Positions 51,201 through 60,553 of a stretch of 64,000 nucleotides of DNA are shown piece by piece (within the stretch, counting starts at the first letter, position 1; each line of letters begins with the position of its first letter). The notes beneath the pieces were generated by a model. It was not told the DNA's origin. It saw nothing but the letters and a program-made list of their open reading frames with translations, and searched no databases. The translations under genes were made by a program, and so were the position numbers. The DNA is from Candidatus Kapaibacterium sp. (GTDB lineage Bacteria > Bacteroidota > Ignavibacteria > Kapaibacteriales > UBA2268), in assembly GCA_963664875.1 (NCBI GenBank), contig OY761611.1, positions 576,001 to 640,000 on the forward strand, read 5' to 3'.

Positions 51201-52006
51201 TCATCAGTAAGTGAAACAAGAACTGATTTCATATCAGCAAATGCTCCGGAAAGTTTACCCAATTCATCTTGGTTCGTATTTGAAATCTCGAAAGATACAT
51301 CACCCAAAGATACTTTTTCTGCAAGACTTACCAACTCTTTTACAGGTTTTGCTACTTGAGAACGAATAATATAACTTAGCACAATAATGATAACAGCAAG
51401 TATTATCAATAGAGAAATCAACACTTCCATATTAATTGCTGACATTTGTGCATCTATATCATCTATATAAATCCCGGTACCTACATATAGTCCCCAAGGC
51501 TCGAATAAATGCAAATATGTAAGTTTGGGTTGTACTTCATCGAGAGGAGGTTTTTTAAAATAATATTTAATAAAAGCTTCTTCTCCTGCATCGATTTTAT
51601 CTATACCACTCTGGAGATGATGGAAACCTCTTTCATCTACATAGTCTTTTATTACCTTCCCTTCATTTTGTTTTTTATATCCATGCATCAGCATATGATC
51701 TCTATCAAAAATAAAGTAATAATTCACAGAGTCGTATCTAAATGATCTGATTCTTTCGAATGCTCTTGTTCTTGCATCTTCTTCCGAAAGCTCACCACTT
51801 TTATATCTCTCGTAGTACTGTTTTATCATCGAAACAGGAGTGGAAACCATATTTTTAAGGAAGTACTCTTTTTCTTTCATCATATTTGCTTCAAGCCCCG
51901 GAAGCAAAAGAGCCTCAAAATATATTATTAACAATCCAAGTGATAAAATCACAGGGATAAACACTTTGTAGAAAATAGGCAGATTTTTGTAGCTAAACTT
52001 AATCAT
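48242..52006 (-). CDS. Methyl-accepting chemotaxis protein: Cache sensor, poly-HAMP linker, signalling domain
   Basis: Two TM helices flanking an sCache_2-like region (YYFIFD...PKLTY...[13 protein letters not shown]); repeated HAMP units; [38 protein letters not shown]; start MIKFSY at 52006. Confidence 0.92.
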   Translation of the reverse strand: MIKFSYKNLPIFYKVFIPVILSLGLLIIYFEALLLPGLEANMMKEKEYFLKNMVSTPVSMIKQYYERYKSGELSEEDARTRAFERIRSFRYDSVNYYFIFDRDHMLMHGYKKQNEGKVIKDYVDERGFHHLQSGIDKIDAGEEAFIKYYFKKPPLDEVQPKLTYLHLFEPWGLYVGTGIYIDDIDAQMSAINMEVLISLLIILAVIIIVLSYIIRSQVAKPVKELVSLAEKVSLGDVSFEISNTNQDELGKLSGAFADMKSVLVSLTDEIGVLTNAASNGKLDIRGNSNKFSGKFADIIDGFNGTLNEIIKPLNVTAEYVDRISKGDIPVKIADEYKGDFNEIKNNINQLIDSLNLYINDIAVFIDEHKKGDLDCKIDPNKFNGDFAKMARGSNEAVEIYVDAIKEILNVVSKYSNGDFSVLMRQFPGKQALANDVVNQVKYNIENVVKEVNELSTQMNLGNLDRRAQEEQYEGAFKEMIAGLNKTLDAVIHPLNVSAEYVDRISKGDIPPKIEDDYQGDFNELKNNLNTMIDTLNFFIKDMTHMSSQHINGQIDVFMQEEKYMGVFGSMAKGMNDTVKDHIAGILRILDVIDEYGKGNFALVMEDLKGQRIIATQRVNKFRNNLLNVQKELDILANAAAEGHLDIRASYSQFEGGWQDIIKGANSMLENASIPIAEFVDLLERVAVYDLRNLPRDDYKGDWMRLSKAIALIIEAFGTITVGFKQISEGNFAILKVLEDTPKKSDYDELSPAATKMIQAIISLTTEVVKVAKESSEGNFDIRADINKFEGEYQNVMKGLNDVVESFVSPLNLSMDYFANIASGKDLALIDTKDYKGGFKELTSNINKVAEFMNNVTSDIALTANAAVEGKLSTRINTEKYPGTWKNITEGINLILDSIIKPINEAMQILEVMSKGDFTHSMEGNYKGDHAKLKSSINSLVEALNNLVYEISEAANNVAQSAISISQTTDTISAASHEQSSQVDEVAAAMEEMARTITENSTNAATTAEYANNNGKIAEEGGHVVENTINKMREIAEVVNQSAKNIERLGQSSTQIGEIISVIEEIADQTNLLALNAAIEAARAGEQGRGFAVVADEVRKLAERTTEATKQISTMIKGIQAETSEAVHVMHKGNEEVSEGISLADNAGVALQEVVNSTKNVLQMINSIAASSEEQAATSEEISKNINTISIATNESAQSIESIAQSSDDLTGLTRNLTELVSNFKIRGASNKNKLQHSNVSRERNMLADNNDIWD
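50460..51075 (-). repeat. Internal duplication within the MCP (period 543 nt, 181 aa)
   Basis: [29 protein letters not shown] occurs twice; shared GTCAACG at 51044 and 50501. Confidence 0.75.
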
Positions 52007-52080
52007 AACACACCCTAATTTAGTCGAAAGTTTGTATGAATATAAAAGCGAACGTAAACTACTTTTATTGCCAAATATCC

Positions 52081-52127
52081 AAAAAAACAAAGACTCAGGC
52101 AATAACATTCAGCATGAGTCTTTGTTT
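52081..52127 (-). terminator. Intrinsic terminator after xth
   Basis: AAACAAAGACTCA / TGAGTCTTTGTTT stem with T-run on the minus strand. Confidence 0.8.
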
Positions 52128-52163
52128 ATCATAATTCTCTAATATTTAAGACGAATAGCTATA

Positions 52164-52967
52164 CTATTTTAGTTCGATTACAATAGGGCAATGATCGGAA
52201 CCTTTGATATCCGGTTGATGGTATGAATTAATTATTTTATCCTTTAAGCCGGGCGTTATCATATGGTAATCTATTCTCCAGCCAACGTTATTCTCTCTTG
52301 CTCCACCTCGATTGCTCCACCAGGTATATTGATCACCTTCCTGATTAAATAGCCTAAAACTATCTATATATCCATGCTCTATCATCCAATCTAATTTTAC
52401 TCTTTCTTCAGGCAAGAATCCGGAATTCTTTTCATTCTCTTTTGGTCTGGCAAGGTCTATTGGCTTATGTGCTGTGTTATAGTCTCCACAGATAATAAGC
52501 TCTTTGCCTTTTTTACGCAATTCTTCAAAATGAGCAAACACTGCGTCGTAAAACTCTAATTTGTAGTCTATTCTATCTTGACCTGAAGTACCATTGGGGA
52601 AATAAATATTAAAAAGAACAAAGTCTTCAAACTCAGTAGCAATGATTCTACCCTCTTCATCAAACTTTTCAATTCCTATTTCAGTATAGACATTTATTGG
52701 CTCAGTTTTGCTGTAAGTAACAACACCACTGTAACCTTTTTTGCGTCTGCATGAGTGGAAATATCCTTTATATCCCTCAGGATATCGCAAATTTTCTTCT
52801 ATCTGATCCGGCTCTGATTTAGTTTCCTGGATACAAATAATATCAGGTTGTTCTTGTTCTATGTATTGATGGAGATAGTTTTTCTTATAAGTTTTACCAA
52901 ATTTTGTTCTGGCATTTTGTCCTATTACGGATCTAATACCGTTAACATTCCAGCTTATTATCTTCAT
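52164..52967 (-). CDS. xth: Exodeoxyribonuclease III / AP endonuclease
   Basis: SWNVNG, QETK, GYSGV, EGR, YFPNG, GDYN, WWS, GWRIDY, GSDHCP. Confidence 0.96.
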   Translation of the reverse strand: MKIISWNVNGIRSVIGQNARTKFGKTYKKNYLHQYIEQEQPDIICIQETKSEPDQIEENLRYPEGYKGYFHSCRRKKGYSGVVTYSKTEPINVYTEIGIEKFDEEGRIIATEFEDFVLFNIYFPNGTSGQDRIDYKLEFYDAVFAHFEELRKKGKELIICGDYNTAHKPIDLARPKENEKNSGFLPEERVKLDWMIEHGYIDSFRLFNQEGDQYTWWSNRGGARENNVGWRIDYHMITPGLKDKIINSYHQPDIKGSDHCPIVIELK

Positions 52968-52977
52968 TACTTTTCCT

Positions 52978-53640
52978 CTAAAATAATGTGTTCTCTATAT
53001 TTTCTATTAACTCAATACTATCTAAAGAAGTATCTTGGATTCTATCTGATACTCTGTGGGTACTCAATTCATTACTCGGATATGGAGTAAAAATATTTGA
53101 ATTTAAAATCTCTTCTTTAGTTGATTTTAGCCATTGTTCCGCATTATTAGGATCTAATATCACCGGCATTCTATTGTGGATTTTTTTAATCAAATCATTT
53201 GGCTCTGTTGTTAGTATCGTTACAGAATTTATGGTCTTCTCTTCGAAACTTACCGAATCGCAAATGCCTGCAAAAAAGATAGTCTTATCCTTTTTGTGTT
53301 TGATAAAATGAGGAATGCGATGTCTGCCGATTTTCTGCCACTCATAAAATCCTGTTGCAGGAATCAAACATCTATTCCTAAAAGCATTTCTGAAACTTGG
53401 CTTTTCGTGTGCTGTTTCGCATCGGGCATTGTATAATTTGCTACCAATTGTCAAATCTTTAGACCAATGAGGTATCAGACCCCAAATCATATTTTTCACC
53501 TCGTATTTAGAATCGAGGGTACTAATTTCCATTCCCGGTGAAAAATTATAAGAGATTTTTAGGGTATTGTCTCTGTCAATAATTTTTATTTCTTCTACAT
53601 TGTTATCTATTTTTGGGGCGAAAGCAAATCTACCACACAT
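52978..53640 (-). CDS. SOS response-associated peptidase (SRAP; YedK/HMCES family) abasic-site crosslinking protein
   Basis: N-terminal MCGRF, WGLIPHW, NARCET, RCLIPATGFYEW, HNRMP. Confidence 0.93.
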   Translation of the reverse strand: MCGRFAFAPKIDNNVEEIKIIDRDNTLKISYNFSPGMEISTLDSKYEVKNMIWGLIPHWSKDLTIGSKLYNARCETAHEKPSFRNAFRNRCLIPATGFYEWQKIGRHRIPHFIKHKKDKTIFFAGICDSVSFEEKTINSVTILTTEPNDLIKKIHNRMPVILDPNNAEQWLKSTKEEILNSNIFTPYPSNELSTHRVSDRIQDTSLDSIELIENIENTLF

Positions 53641-54647
53641 AAATGCTCCGACTTAATCTCATATTCAAGAAGTTTTCCGACATTTATAACCCCATACTCT
53701 ATATAGGAGCTAAAATCTTCATAATCCCAACTGTAGGACTTATATGTATCAATTCCAATATGTGTATCCAAGTTGAATTTAGAATGCAGCAGACAAAGTT
53801 TACGTATCCCTTGGAACGATTCGAAAGCTGAACTTAATACAACTTTCTTATTCATTACGAGAAGTTGCTCAATCACTCTTTCATAGTTATTAAGTAAAGT
53901 AGGTTTTACTACTGCATATTCGAATTCAGTGCATCCCTTTGCTAATATAGATGGTAAAGATTCATCCAGTGCAATTGGAATTATTTGCTCTTTCAATAAC
54001 TTACATAGTTCATTGAGACTACTTAGCGGATCTTCAAAATATAACAATTGCTTATTTTCAATTACTCTCGCAAAAGAATTTAACTCATCGTAAGTCCATA
54101 CTCTATTAGCATCAAATATAAATTTTGCATCTTCATAAACATCAGTATTATATTCTTCCCAAAAGCGAATTTCATCGTTAAAATTGCTGCGTCCAAGTTT
54201 TATTTTGAAAATTTTATACCCATCTGCATAATGCTTTTGCAGTTGACTATTTACTTCTGACAAAGGACAGTTGATTAGGGCATTTGATTGAATCGATTTT
54301 TTCCTTGTCTGGAAAAGTGATGCCTCTATCAATAAAGACTGTAACGCAAACTCCACAGAGGGAAACAACTTAAAAGTATTACTGATTGATTCAATAGTAT
54401 CACTTAAATCAGAACCAATCTGTTGCTTCACATATTTAATGATGGAAAGCAACTGTAATTGTGCATCATAGAATGATTCGCTGCTAAAGCCCTTTAAAGG
54501 AGAACAATCTCCTACTTTTATTCCTTCGTCTGTTTTGACTAATACTAAAAAACCTTTCTTGTGGTTTATTTCAGTATCCAACATTGCGAAAGGTCTTTTA
54601 AAAGGTAAAGAATAAAATTTTAAAAATATATCTTCTATCTTACTCAT
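53607..54647 (-). CDS. menC: o-succinylbenzoate synthase-like enolase-superfamily protein
   Basis: SPLKGFS, KIKLG, DANR, FEDP, LDES, KPTL, SSAFES. Confidence 0.75.
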   Translation of the reverse strand: MSKIEDIFLKFYSLPFKRPFAMLDTEINHKKGFLVLVKTDEGIKVGDCSPLKGFSSESFYDAQLQLLSIIKYVKQQIGSDLSDTIESISNTFKLFPSVEFALQSLLIEASLFQTRKKSIQSNALINCPLSEVNSQLQKHYADGYKIFKIKLGRSNFNDEIRFWEEYNTDVYEDAKFIFDANRVWTYDELNSFARVIENKQLLYFEDPLSSLNELCKLLKEQIIPIALDESLPSILAKGCTEFEYAVVKPTLLNNYERVIEQLLVMNKKVVLSSAFESFQGIRKLCLLHSKFNLDTHIGIDTYKSYSWDYEDFSSYIEYGVINVGKLLEYEIKSEHLCVVDLLSPQK

Positions 54648-55029
54648 CCTGATGTTCTGCCATAGTAATTATATAGCCGTTTAAATCTTTGAATACAAAC
54701 TCTTTAGCACCGTAAAAAGTATCAAATGGTTCTTTAATCACGTTTACTTTATCTTTTACTGAATCATAAATATGAAGGATATTCTTAACACTGATATAAA
54801 AGCTCAATGTTCCCCCAATTTGGATATCTTTAAATTCCGGCATCTCTTGGACGATACTTTCTCTATTTTGCAACATCAAAGAGACTTCATCTTTTTTAAT
54901 CAAAGCCCATACCTTCTCACCATCTTCGGGGACAGCCATTAGCTTCTCAAACCCAAACAAAGTTTCATAATATTCAATTGTTTGTTCGACAGATTCTACC
55001 ATAATATTGGGTACTAAACTTTTAAGCAT
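54640..55029 (-). CDS. VOC/glyoxalase family protein
   Basis: Start MLKSLVPNIMVESVEQTIEYY at 55029; YGAKEF..KDLNGY. Confidence 0.85.
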   Translation of the reverse strand: MLKSLVPNIMVESVEQTIEYYETLFGFEKLMAVPEDGEKVWALIKKDEVSLMLQNRESIVQEMPEFKDIQIGGTLSFYISVKNILHIYDSVKDKVNVIKEPFDTFYGAKEFVFKDLNGYIITMAEHQDE

Positions 55030-56266
55030 TTTTTTCTTCCTCATAAAAAGCAACAGAAGCAAAAGTAACAGCTGAAAGTGTTTCAGTTTCATTCCATTGA
55101 CCATAATTCAAAATTTTGCCTTTTGCGTTATTCAAAGTAAGCATTGTTAGATAAATAGGACTTGTTCCGCAAACTTTCCATTTGTCTTGGTCTTGACTGA
55201 TTTTACTCAAAAAGTCATCAGATTTGCCCATAGAAATAAACTCAAGTAATTTGCCGTCTTCCTCTCTAACTGTATCCAAATAAAATTCAGCATTATAATC
55301 ATCGCCAAACTTCCTACCGATATGTGCAAAGTCAACACTTGTAACAATTAGTACCTTCTTCTCAAAAACAGACTCTACATTATTCAGCTTTTCAATAAAG
55401 GACATCAATGCAAGATTTGCAGTAGGTTTGCCATTGACTGCTATATAATCATGCAAAGAGCCGGTAACTATAGGAACAAAACTTATATCTCTATCTTGAA
55501 ACATCTTCTGAAGCAAAACAATTTGGAACTCGACAGAATGTTCTGTCAAATGAGCCATCTCATCTATTTTCGCTATATGCTCGGGAGTATCTTTCAAAAG
55601 ATATTCAACGATACTTTTATCAGTTTTAGCTTCACCAAAAGGTGTAAGGTAATTTTTATTGCTAAGCATGAAATATGCGTTTGAATATCTATGACAAGTG
55701 CCTAACACTATAACAATATCCGGATTTGTTTTTGCAATAGCATGATAAGCAGAAGCATAGACCTTGTGTGCTTCTTTCCCAACTTTGAAGTCAATGTGAG
55801 GTACAATGATAGCTTTAGCATTTTGAGGATATCCATCTTCAAACGGAGTACTTAAAAGTGCATCTAATTCTTTATCAAGAATACTTTTATCTTCTGAATA
55901 AGAAGAACCGGCACATATTGGGAATCTGACATTGCCGGAATTCAACTCAGCAAAGAACTTTTCTTTATATGTAAAGTAATCTTCCGTTTGGAAAAATCCT
56001 CTTCCTATAAGTTCTTCAATTGGTGTTTTGATTGCTTCTATGGGCAAATTTGAATTGATATTTTCCAGAACCCATTTATGCAAATCTTCGAAAGAAATAT
56101 TCCCATCGATTTGTTGCAAAATAAGAAGTAGAATTTCTCCGAAAACGGCTGGTTCTTTCGCGAAGCCAATTTCGTCGGTAAGAACAATATGTGTAATACC
56201 ATCGATATTGGTAGTATCGACAGATAAATCTTCTCTGATTGCAGGTATCACATCATTATTTTTCAT
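55022..56266 (-). CDS. AmmeMemoRadiSam system protein B (MEMO1 family) with N-terminal extension
   Basis: AGSSY, IVPHID, LGTCH, TPFG, EHSVEFQ, SVDFAHIG, VCG. Confidence 0.85.
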   Translation of the reverse strand: MKNNDVIPAIREDLSVDTTNIDGITHIVLTDEIGFAKEPAVFGEILLLILQQIDGNISFEDLHKWVLENINSNLPIEAIKTPIEELIGRGFFQTEDYFTYKEKFFAELNSGNVRFPICAGSSYSEDKSILDKELDALLSTPFEDGYPQNAKAIIVPHIDFKVGKEAHKVYASAYHAIAKTNPDIVIVLGTCHRYSNAYFMLSNKNYLTPFGEAKTDKSIVEYLLKDTPEHIAKIDEMAHLTEHSVEFQIVLLQKMFQDRDISFVPIVTGSLHDYIAVNGKPTANLALMSFIEKLNNVESVFEKKVLIVTSVDFAHIGRKFGDDYNAEFYLDTVREEDGKLLEFISMGKSDDFLSKISQDQDKWKVCGTSPIYLTMLTLNNAKGKILNYGQWNETETLSAVTFASVAFYEEEKNA

Positions 56267-56504
56267 ATTGTTGCTCTAGTTCTTGCAGCTTTGTTAAATA
56301 TTTATTTTTGATATTATTTACATACAAAATAAAAAAGACGTTTGCAGCAAGCATTGCAATAGCTGCAGCAAGATACCACCACTCACCTATAACAACAAAA
56401 GCTGCTACAAATAGAACTATTGAGACTGTGAAAGCAAGAGTTACAATAATCTGAGACTTTTTAATATTTCCTAAGACTCTTTTGGTTACATCATTATCTA
56501 TCAT
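56256..56504 (-). CDS. Small hypothetical membrane protein (two TM helices)
   Basis: 82-aa hydrophobic ORF overlapping both neighbours, filling the gap in the operon. Confidence 0.65.
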   Translation of the reverse strand: MIDNDVTKRVLGNIKKSQIIVTLAFTVSIVLFVAAFVVIGEWWYLAAAIAMLAANVFFILYVNNIKNKYLTKLQELEQQYEK

Positions 56505-57325
56505 CTTAAATCCTCAGTTAGTGCTGTTCTTGCATCTGTTTTGTCATCTCTGTATTTAATAATTATCGGAGAAGCAATGGATAAACCGTGTTCTTTTGCA
56601 AAAGGAGTATTGATTGCTCTAGTTCCGGGGATAACTACTGCATTTTCGGGTATCTCTAGTGGTTTATCAGGAGTTGATTGTAGTATAGTGCCGTTAACAA
56701 TATCATAAACTTTTGTAGAAGCAGTCAATATTACGCCGGAGCCAAGCACTGCTCTTTTTTTAAGCATCACACCTTCATACACGCCACAGTTGCCACCTAT
56801 CATTACCTCGTCTTCTACAATAACCGGTCTCGCACCGGCAGGTTCCAAGACTCCACCAATCTGAGCAGCTGCACTTATGTGTACATTTTTTCCAATTTGG
56901 GCGCAAGTTCCTACTAATGCATGAGAATCTACCATAGTACCGGAATCCACATAAGAACCAATGTTTATATACATTGGCGGCATACATATCACTCCCGGAG
57001 CAACATAGCAACCTGTTCTTATGGTAGAACCCCCGGGTACAATTCTAATCCCATCTGATAGAGAGATGGGTTTTACAGGAATGGTATCTTTATCAAAAAA
57101 TTTGAAATTCACATCTTTTGACATATCAGTCATTTGACTATGTTTGAACAACTGAAGGATACCTTTTTTCACCCATTGATTTACTTTCCATATTCCATTC
57201 TCTCCGGGTTCGGCTGCACGTATTGAGCCGTTATTTAGCCCTTCGATAAACTCTTTCAGAATTATTGCAATTTCTGTATTTGAGGATATATTGTTATCTA
57301 ATATTTGAAGAATTTTGCTTTCCAT
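56501..57325 (-). CDS. dapD: 2,3,4,5-tetrahydropyridine-2,6-dicarboxylate N-succinyltransferase
   Basis: WVKKGIL, FFDK, RIVPGG, GTMVD, CAQIG, IGGVLEP; hexapeptide repeats. Confidence 0.93.
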   Translation of the reverse strand: MESKILQILDNNISSNTEIAIILKEFIEGLNNGSIRAAEPGENGIWKVNQWVKKGILQLFKHSQMTDMSKDVNFKFFDKDTIPVKPISLSDGIRIVPGGSTIRTGCYVAPGVICMPPMYINIGSYVDSGTMVDSHALVGTCAQIGKNVHISAAAQIGGVLEPAGARPVIVEDEVMIGGNCGVYEGVMLKKRAVLGSGVILTASTKVYDIVNGTILQSTPDKPLEIPENAVVIPGTRAINTPFAKEHGLSIASPIIIKYRDDKTDARTALTEDLR

Positions 57326-57372
57326 CAATTTACCTTTGTGTGCGTAATTTCAAAATACTATTATACGAAATA

Positions 57373-58878
57373 TTAGTTAATATTTCTATAAACTTTGAAT
57401 TCTACTCTTCGATTTAAGTCTCTACCCCATTTAGTTGCATTTGAAATAACAGGCTCTTTACTTCCATGTCCTTTATATATCACTCTTTCCGGGTCAATTC
57501 CCTTTTGAACAAGTATTTTTTTGGCTTCTATGGCTCTTTCTTCGGAAAGTAATAGATTTTTTTCAATCGAGCCTATGTTATCAGTATGACCTGTAATTTC
57601 GACAACGGCTTTATCATCATTTTTGAGATATTCTGCAAGATATTCGAGTTCTTTCATACCTTGGGCATCTATACCTGATTCTGCTGTTTGGAAAAATATA
57701 TTTCTGATGCAAATAAGAGTGTCGGACATCGGAACTAGTTCAAAAGGAACTTCGATTTCATCATATTTATCTAAATTGTGTAAATCTACTTTTTTATTAG
57801 TACGAATGTAGTTCTTTGAAGAGGCATTAAAAGAATAGACCAATCCTCCGGGTAAGGTGTGTGCATATAGACCATTTGAGGCATTACTATGCGATTCTGC
57901 TATTTCTTTATCGTCTTCATATTGATTGAAAGTAATATCAGCTCTGAGTGGCACACCGGATTTGTAACAGCTTACTTTACCTTTTACTAAAAGCACAGGT
58001 TTTGGTTTGACTTCATTTGGTAAAGATATTTTATGAATGTCCATATCTCCGTTCTTCTCATTTTTTCGGACTATGAAAGCAGATTTGCCTGATGCATCGA
58101 TTTTGAAATATGCATCCCAATCCTTTGTGTTAATATCCGATCCAAGATTTCTCGGATTAGACCAATTTTGCCATGTATCATCCAATCTACGAGACATAAA
58201 AATATCAGCAGAGCCTGATCCTCCAAGCCCATCAGATGAAAAGTACATGGTTTCCCCATCGGAAGCCAAAAATGGTGATATTTCATCTCCAAACGAATTA
58301 ATAGTTGAACCAAGGTTAAGAGGCTTGGACCAAATACCGGTCTTTTTCAGGAAACTTACGTATATATCTTTTTTGCCTTTTGAGTCATCTCTTTCCACGG
58401 TCATGAGAAGAGTTTTGCCGTCATTTGCCAAATAAAAACCTGCAAAACCACTATAATTATAGTAATCTTCAATTATTTGATTAACAGGATAAGACCAACC
58501 GCTCTCAGTTTTATAAGAAATAGAAACACCTTCGCGAATTGTTTTATCATTTTGGGTAGGATAGACTGTCCCTAATAATAAAGTATTTCCGTCCGGAGAA
58601 ACGCTACTAACAAAATTATTCATGGAGTTATTTAAAGGACTGCCGATGTTGATTGGTTGCCCCCAATTTCCACTTTTGTCTTTAATAACATAAAAAATAT
58701 CATCTGATTTGTTTTCTTTTTCACAGTAGGTCTTGCAGAAATATAAAATATTTCCGTCCGGAGAAATTACCGGATTAAGTTCATTGCATTTGGTGTTAAT
58801 TACTTCTTCAATGTTATTCGATTTAACTGAATAGAAGGCAACTATCAATAATAATATTGATAAGAGCAACTTTTGCAT
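57373..58878 (-). CDS. OmpA-family protein with PD40 beta-propeller and CRD-like domain (PorE-like)
   Basis: Repeated SPDG and NLG..IN PD40 units; GHTDNIG, NLLLSEERA, NRRVEF. Confidence 0.85.
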   Translation of the reverse strand: MQKLLLSILLLIVAFYSVKSNNIEEVINTKCNELNPVISPDGNILYFCKTYCEKENKSDDIFYVIKDKSGNWGQPINIGSPLNNSMNNFVSSVSPDGNTLLLGTVYPTQNDKTIREGVSISYKTESGWSYPVNQIIEDYYNYSGFAGFYLANDGKTLLMTVERDDSKGKKDIYVSFLKKTGIWSKPLNLGSTINSFGDEISPFLASDGETMYFSSDGLGGSGSADIFMSRRLDDTWQNWSNPRNLGSDINTKDWDAYFKIDASGKSAFIVRKNEKNGDMDIHKISLPNEVKPKPVLLVKGKVSCYKSGVPLRADITFNQYEDDKEIAESHSNASNGLYAHTLPGGLVYSFNASSKNYIRTNKKVDLHNLDKYDEIEVPFELVPMSDTLICIRNIFFQTAESGIDAQGMKELEYLAEYLKNDDKAVVEITGHTDNIGSIEKNLLLSEERAIEAKKILVQKGIDPERVIYKGHGSKEPVISNATKWGRDLNRRVEFKVYRNIN

Positions 58879-59059
58879 AAATTATTCCTCAATCATAAAA
58901 TTAGGTTTTGTCATTTTTAGAAACTGCAAAATTGCGAAATTATTTTGAAATAGCATTAGGCAATACTACCTAATTTTATTAGTCGCTAAAATTTTATCTT
59001 AGCTATATTTTTTACTAAATTGTAGTATTCTTTTCAACAATACATTATCAGAGGATAAT

Positions 59060-60427
59060 ATGAACCAACTATTTTCTTATATCGATGAAAATAAAGAACG
59101 TTATGTAAGCGAGCTTGTTGAGTTTTTAGAAATTCCAAGCATCTCAAGCCTTACAGAGCACAACGAAGATACTTTATCGTGTGCAAACTGGGTCGTTGAT
59201 CATATCAAATCTATTGGTATTGAAAATGCTCACTTAGTAATGACTCCCGGGCATCCTATTGTATATGCAGAATGGTTAGAAGCAGGTACTGATGCACCTA
59301 CAATTCTAATATATGGTCATTACGATGTGCAACCTGTAGATCCTTTAGAATTATGGACAAGTCCTCCTTTTGAACCAACTATCAGAGATGGCAAACTCTT
59401 CGCACGCGGTTCTTCAGACGATAAAGGTCAGGTTTTTGTGCATTTGAAAGCAATAGAAGCATTATTTAAAACTTACGGTAAATTGCCTGTAAACATTAAA
59501 CTTATGATAGAAGGTGAAGAAGAAGCTGGTTCAAGCAACCTCGAAACTTTCATAGAAAACAATCAAGAAATGCTTAAATGCGATACTGTTCTTGTTTCTG
59601 ATACAGAATGGTTCGCAGATGGACTCCCTTCTATTTGTTACTCTCTTCGTGGCATTTCATTTGTCGAAGTTAAAGTAATAGGACCTAACAGGGATTTACA
59701 CTCAGGTACTTTCGGTGGTGCGGTAGATAATCCAATAAATGTTCTTGCTTGGATGATTTCACAGCTAAAAGACAGATACGGAAGAATTACAATACCCGGC
59801 TTTTACGACGACGTAGTTGATTTGACTATTGAAGAACGAGAAGGCTTCAAAGAATTACCGTTTGACTTGGAAGAATACAAAAAAGATTTAGATATAAAAG
59901 AGTTACATGGCGAAATAGGTTACACTACTCTTGAAAGAACTTGGGCAAGACCATCTCTAGATTTGAATGGTATCAAAGGCGGCTTTATCGGGGAAGGTGC
60001 AAAAACAGTTCTACCTTCGGAAGCATCTGCCAAAATTTCAATGAGGCTTGTAGCTAATCAAACTGCAGATGATATAACTAAAAAAATTCTTGATTACTTG
60101 GTCAAACTTGCTCCACCGACTGTAAAAGTTGAAGTTAAAGAACTACACGGCGGCAACCCTGTCCTTGTGCAAAGAGACGGCAAAGCTATTTCAACTGCTA
60201 TGGAAGCTCTTGAAATGGCTTTTGGTCAAAAGCCTGTCTTTATGCGTGAGGGTGGATCAATTCCAATTGTTGAGAAATTTGAAAGCATACTAAAAGCTCC
60301 GACAGTACTTATGGGGTTGGGACTGCCGGGAGACAATATACACTCACCTAATGAAAATTTTGATCTTAAAAACTACATTGGTGGTATAGCTGCTTCGGCA
60401 ATATTCTTAAAAAACATAGCAGAATAA
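59060..60427 (+). CDS. M20-family dipeptidase
   Basis: YGHYDVQP, RGSSDDKG, EGEEE, DLHSG, GGSIP, HSPNE. Confidence 0.92.
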   Translation: MNQLFSYIDENKERYVSELVEFLEIPSISSLTEHNEDTLSCANWVVDHIKSIGIENAHLVMTPGHPIVYAEWLEAGTDAPTILIYGHYDVQPVDPLELWTSPPFEPTIRDGKLFARGSSDDKGQVFVHLKAIEALFKTYGKLPVNIKLMIEGEEEAGSSNLETFIENNQEMLKCDTVLVSDTEWFADGLPSICYSLRGISFVEVKVIGPNRDLHSGTFGGAVDNPINVLAWMISQLKDRYGRITIPGFYDDVVDLTIEEREGFKELPFDLEEYKKDLDIKELHGEIGYTTLERTWARPSLDLNGIKGGFIGEGAKTVLPSEASAKISMRLVANQTADDITKKILDYLVKLAPPTVKVEVKELHGGNPVLVQRDGKAISTAMEALEMAFGQKPVFMREGGSIPIVEKFESILKAPTVLMGLGLPGDNIHSPNENFDLKNYIGGIAASAIFLKNIAE

Positions 60428-60430
60428 TTT

Positions 60431-60469
60431 GATAAGAGCCAATTTTTTTAAAGTTGGCTCTTATCTTTT
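60431..60469 (+). terminator. Intrinsic terminator
   Basis: GATAAGAGCCAA...TTGGCTCTTATC plus TTTT. Confidence 0.75.
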
Positions 60470-60553
60470 ATATTTTATTAAATCCTTTTTTCTTATATTG
60501 CATTCATTATTCTAACAATGTTATTTATTGTTGCACTAATTGATAGATTAGCC

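Noticed and set aside
52007-52108. Extended MCP start
   Set aside because: Overlaps the xth terminator; the first TM helix follows the ATG at 52006.
59060-60427. M20 peptidase as DapE partnering the nearby dapD
   Set aside because: Motifs and length fit the generic M20 dipeptidase group, and it is divergently transcribed; cannot be supported without phylogeny.
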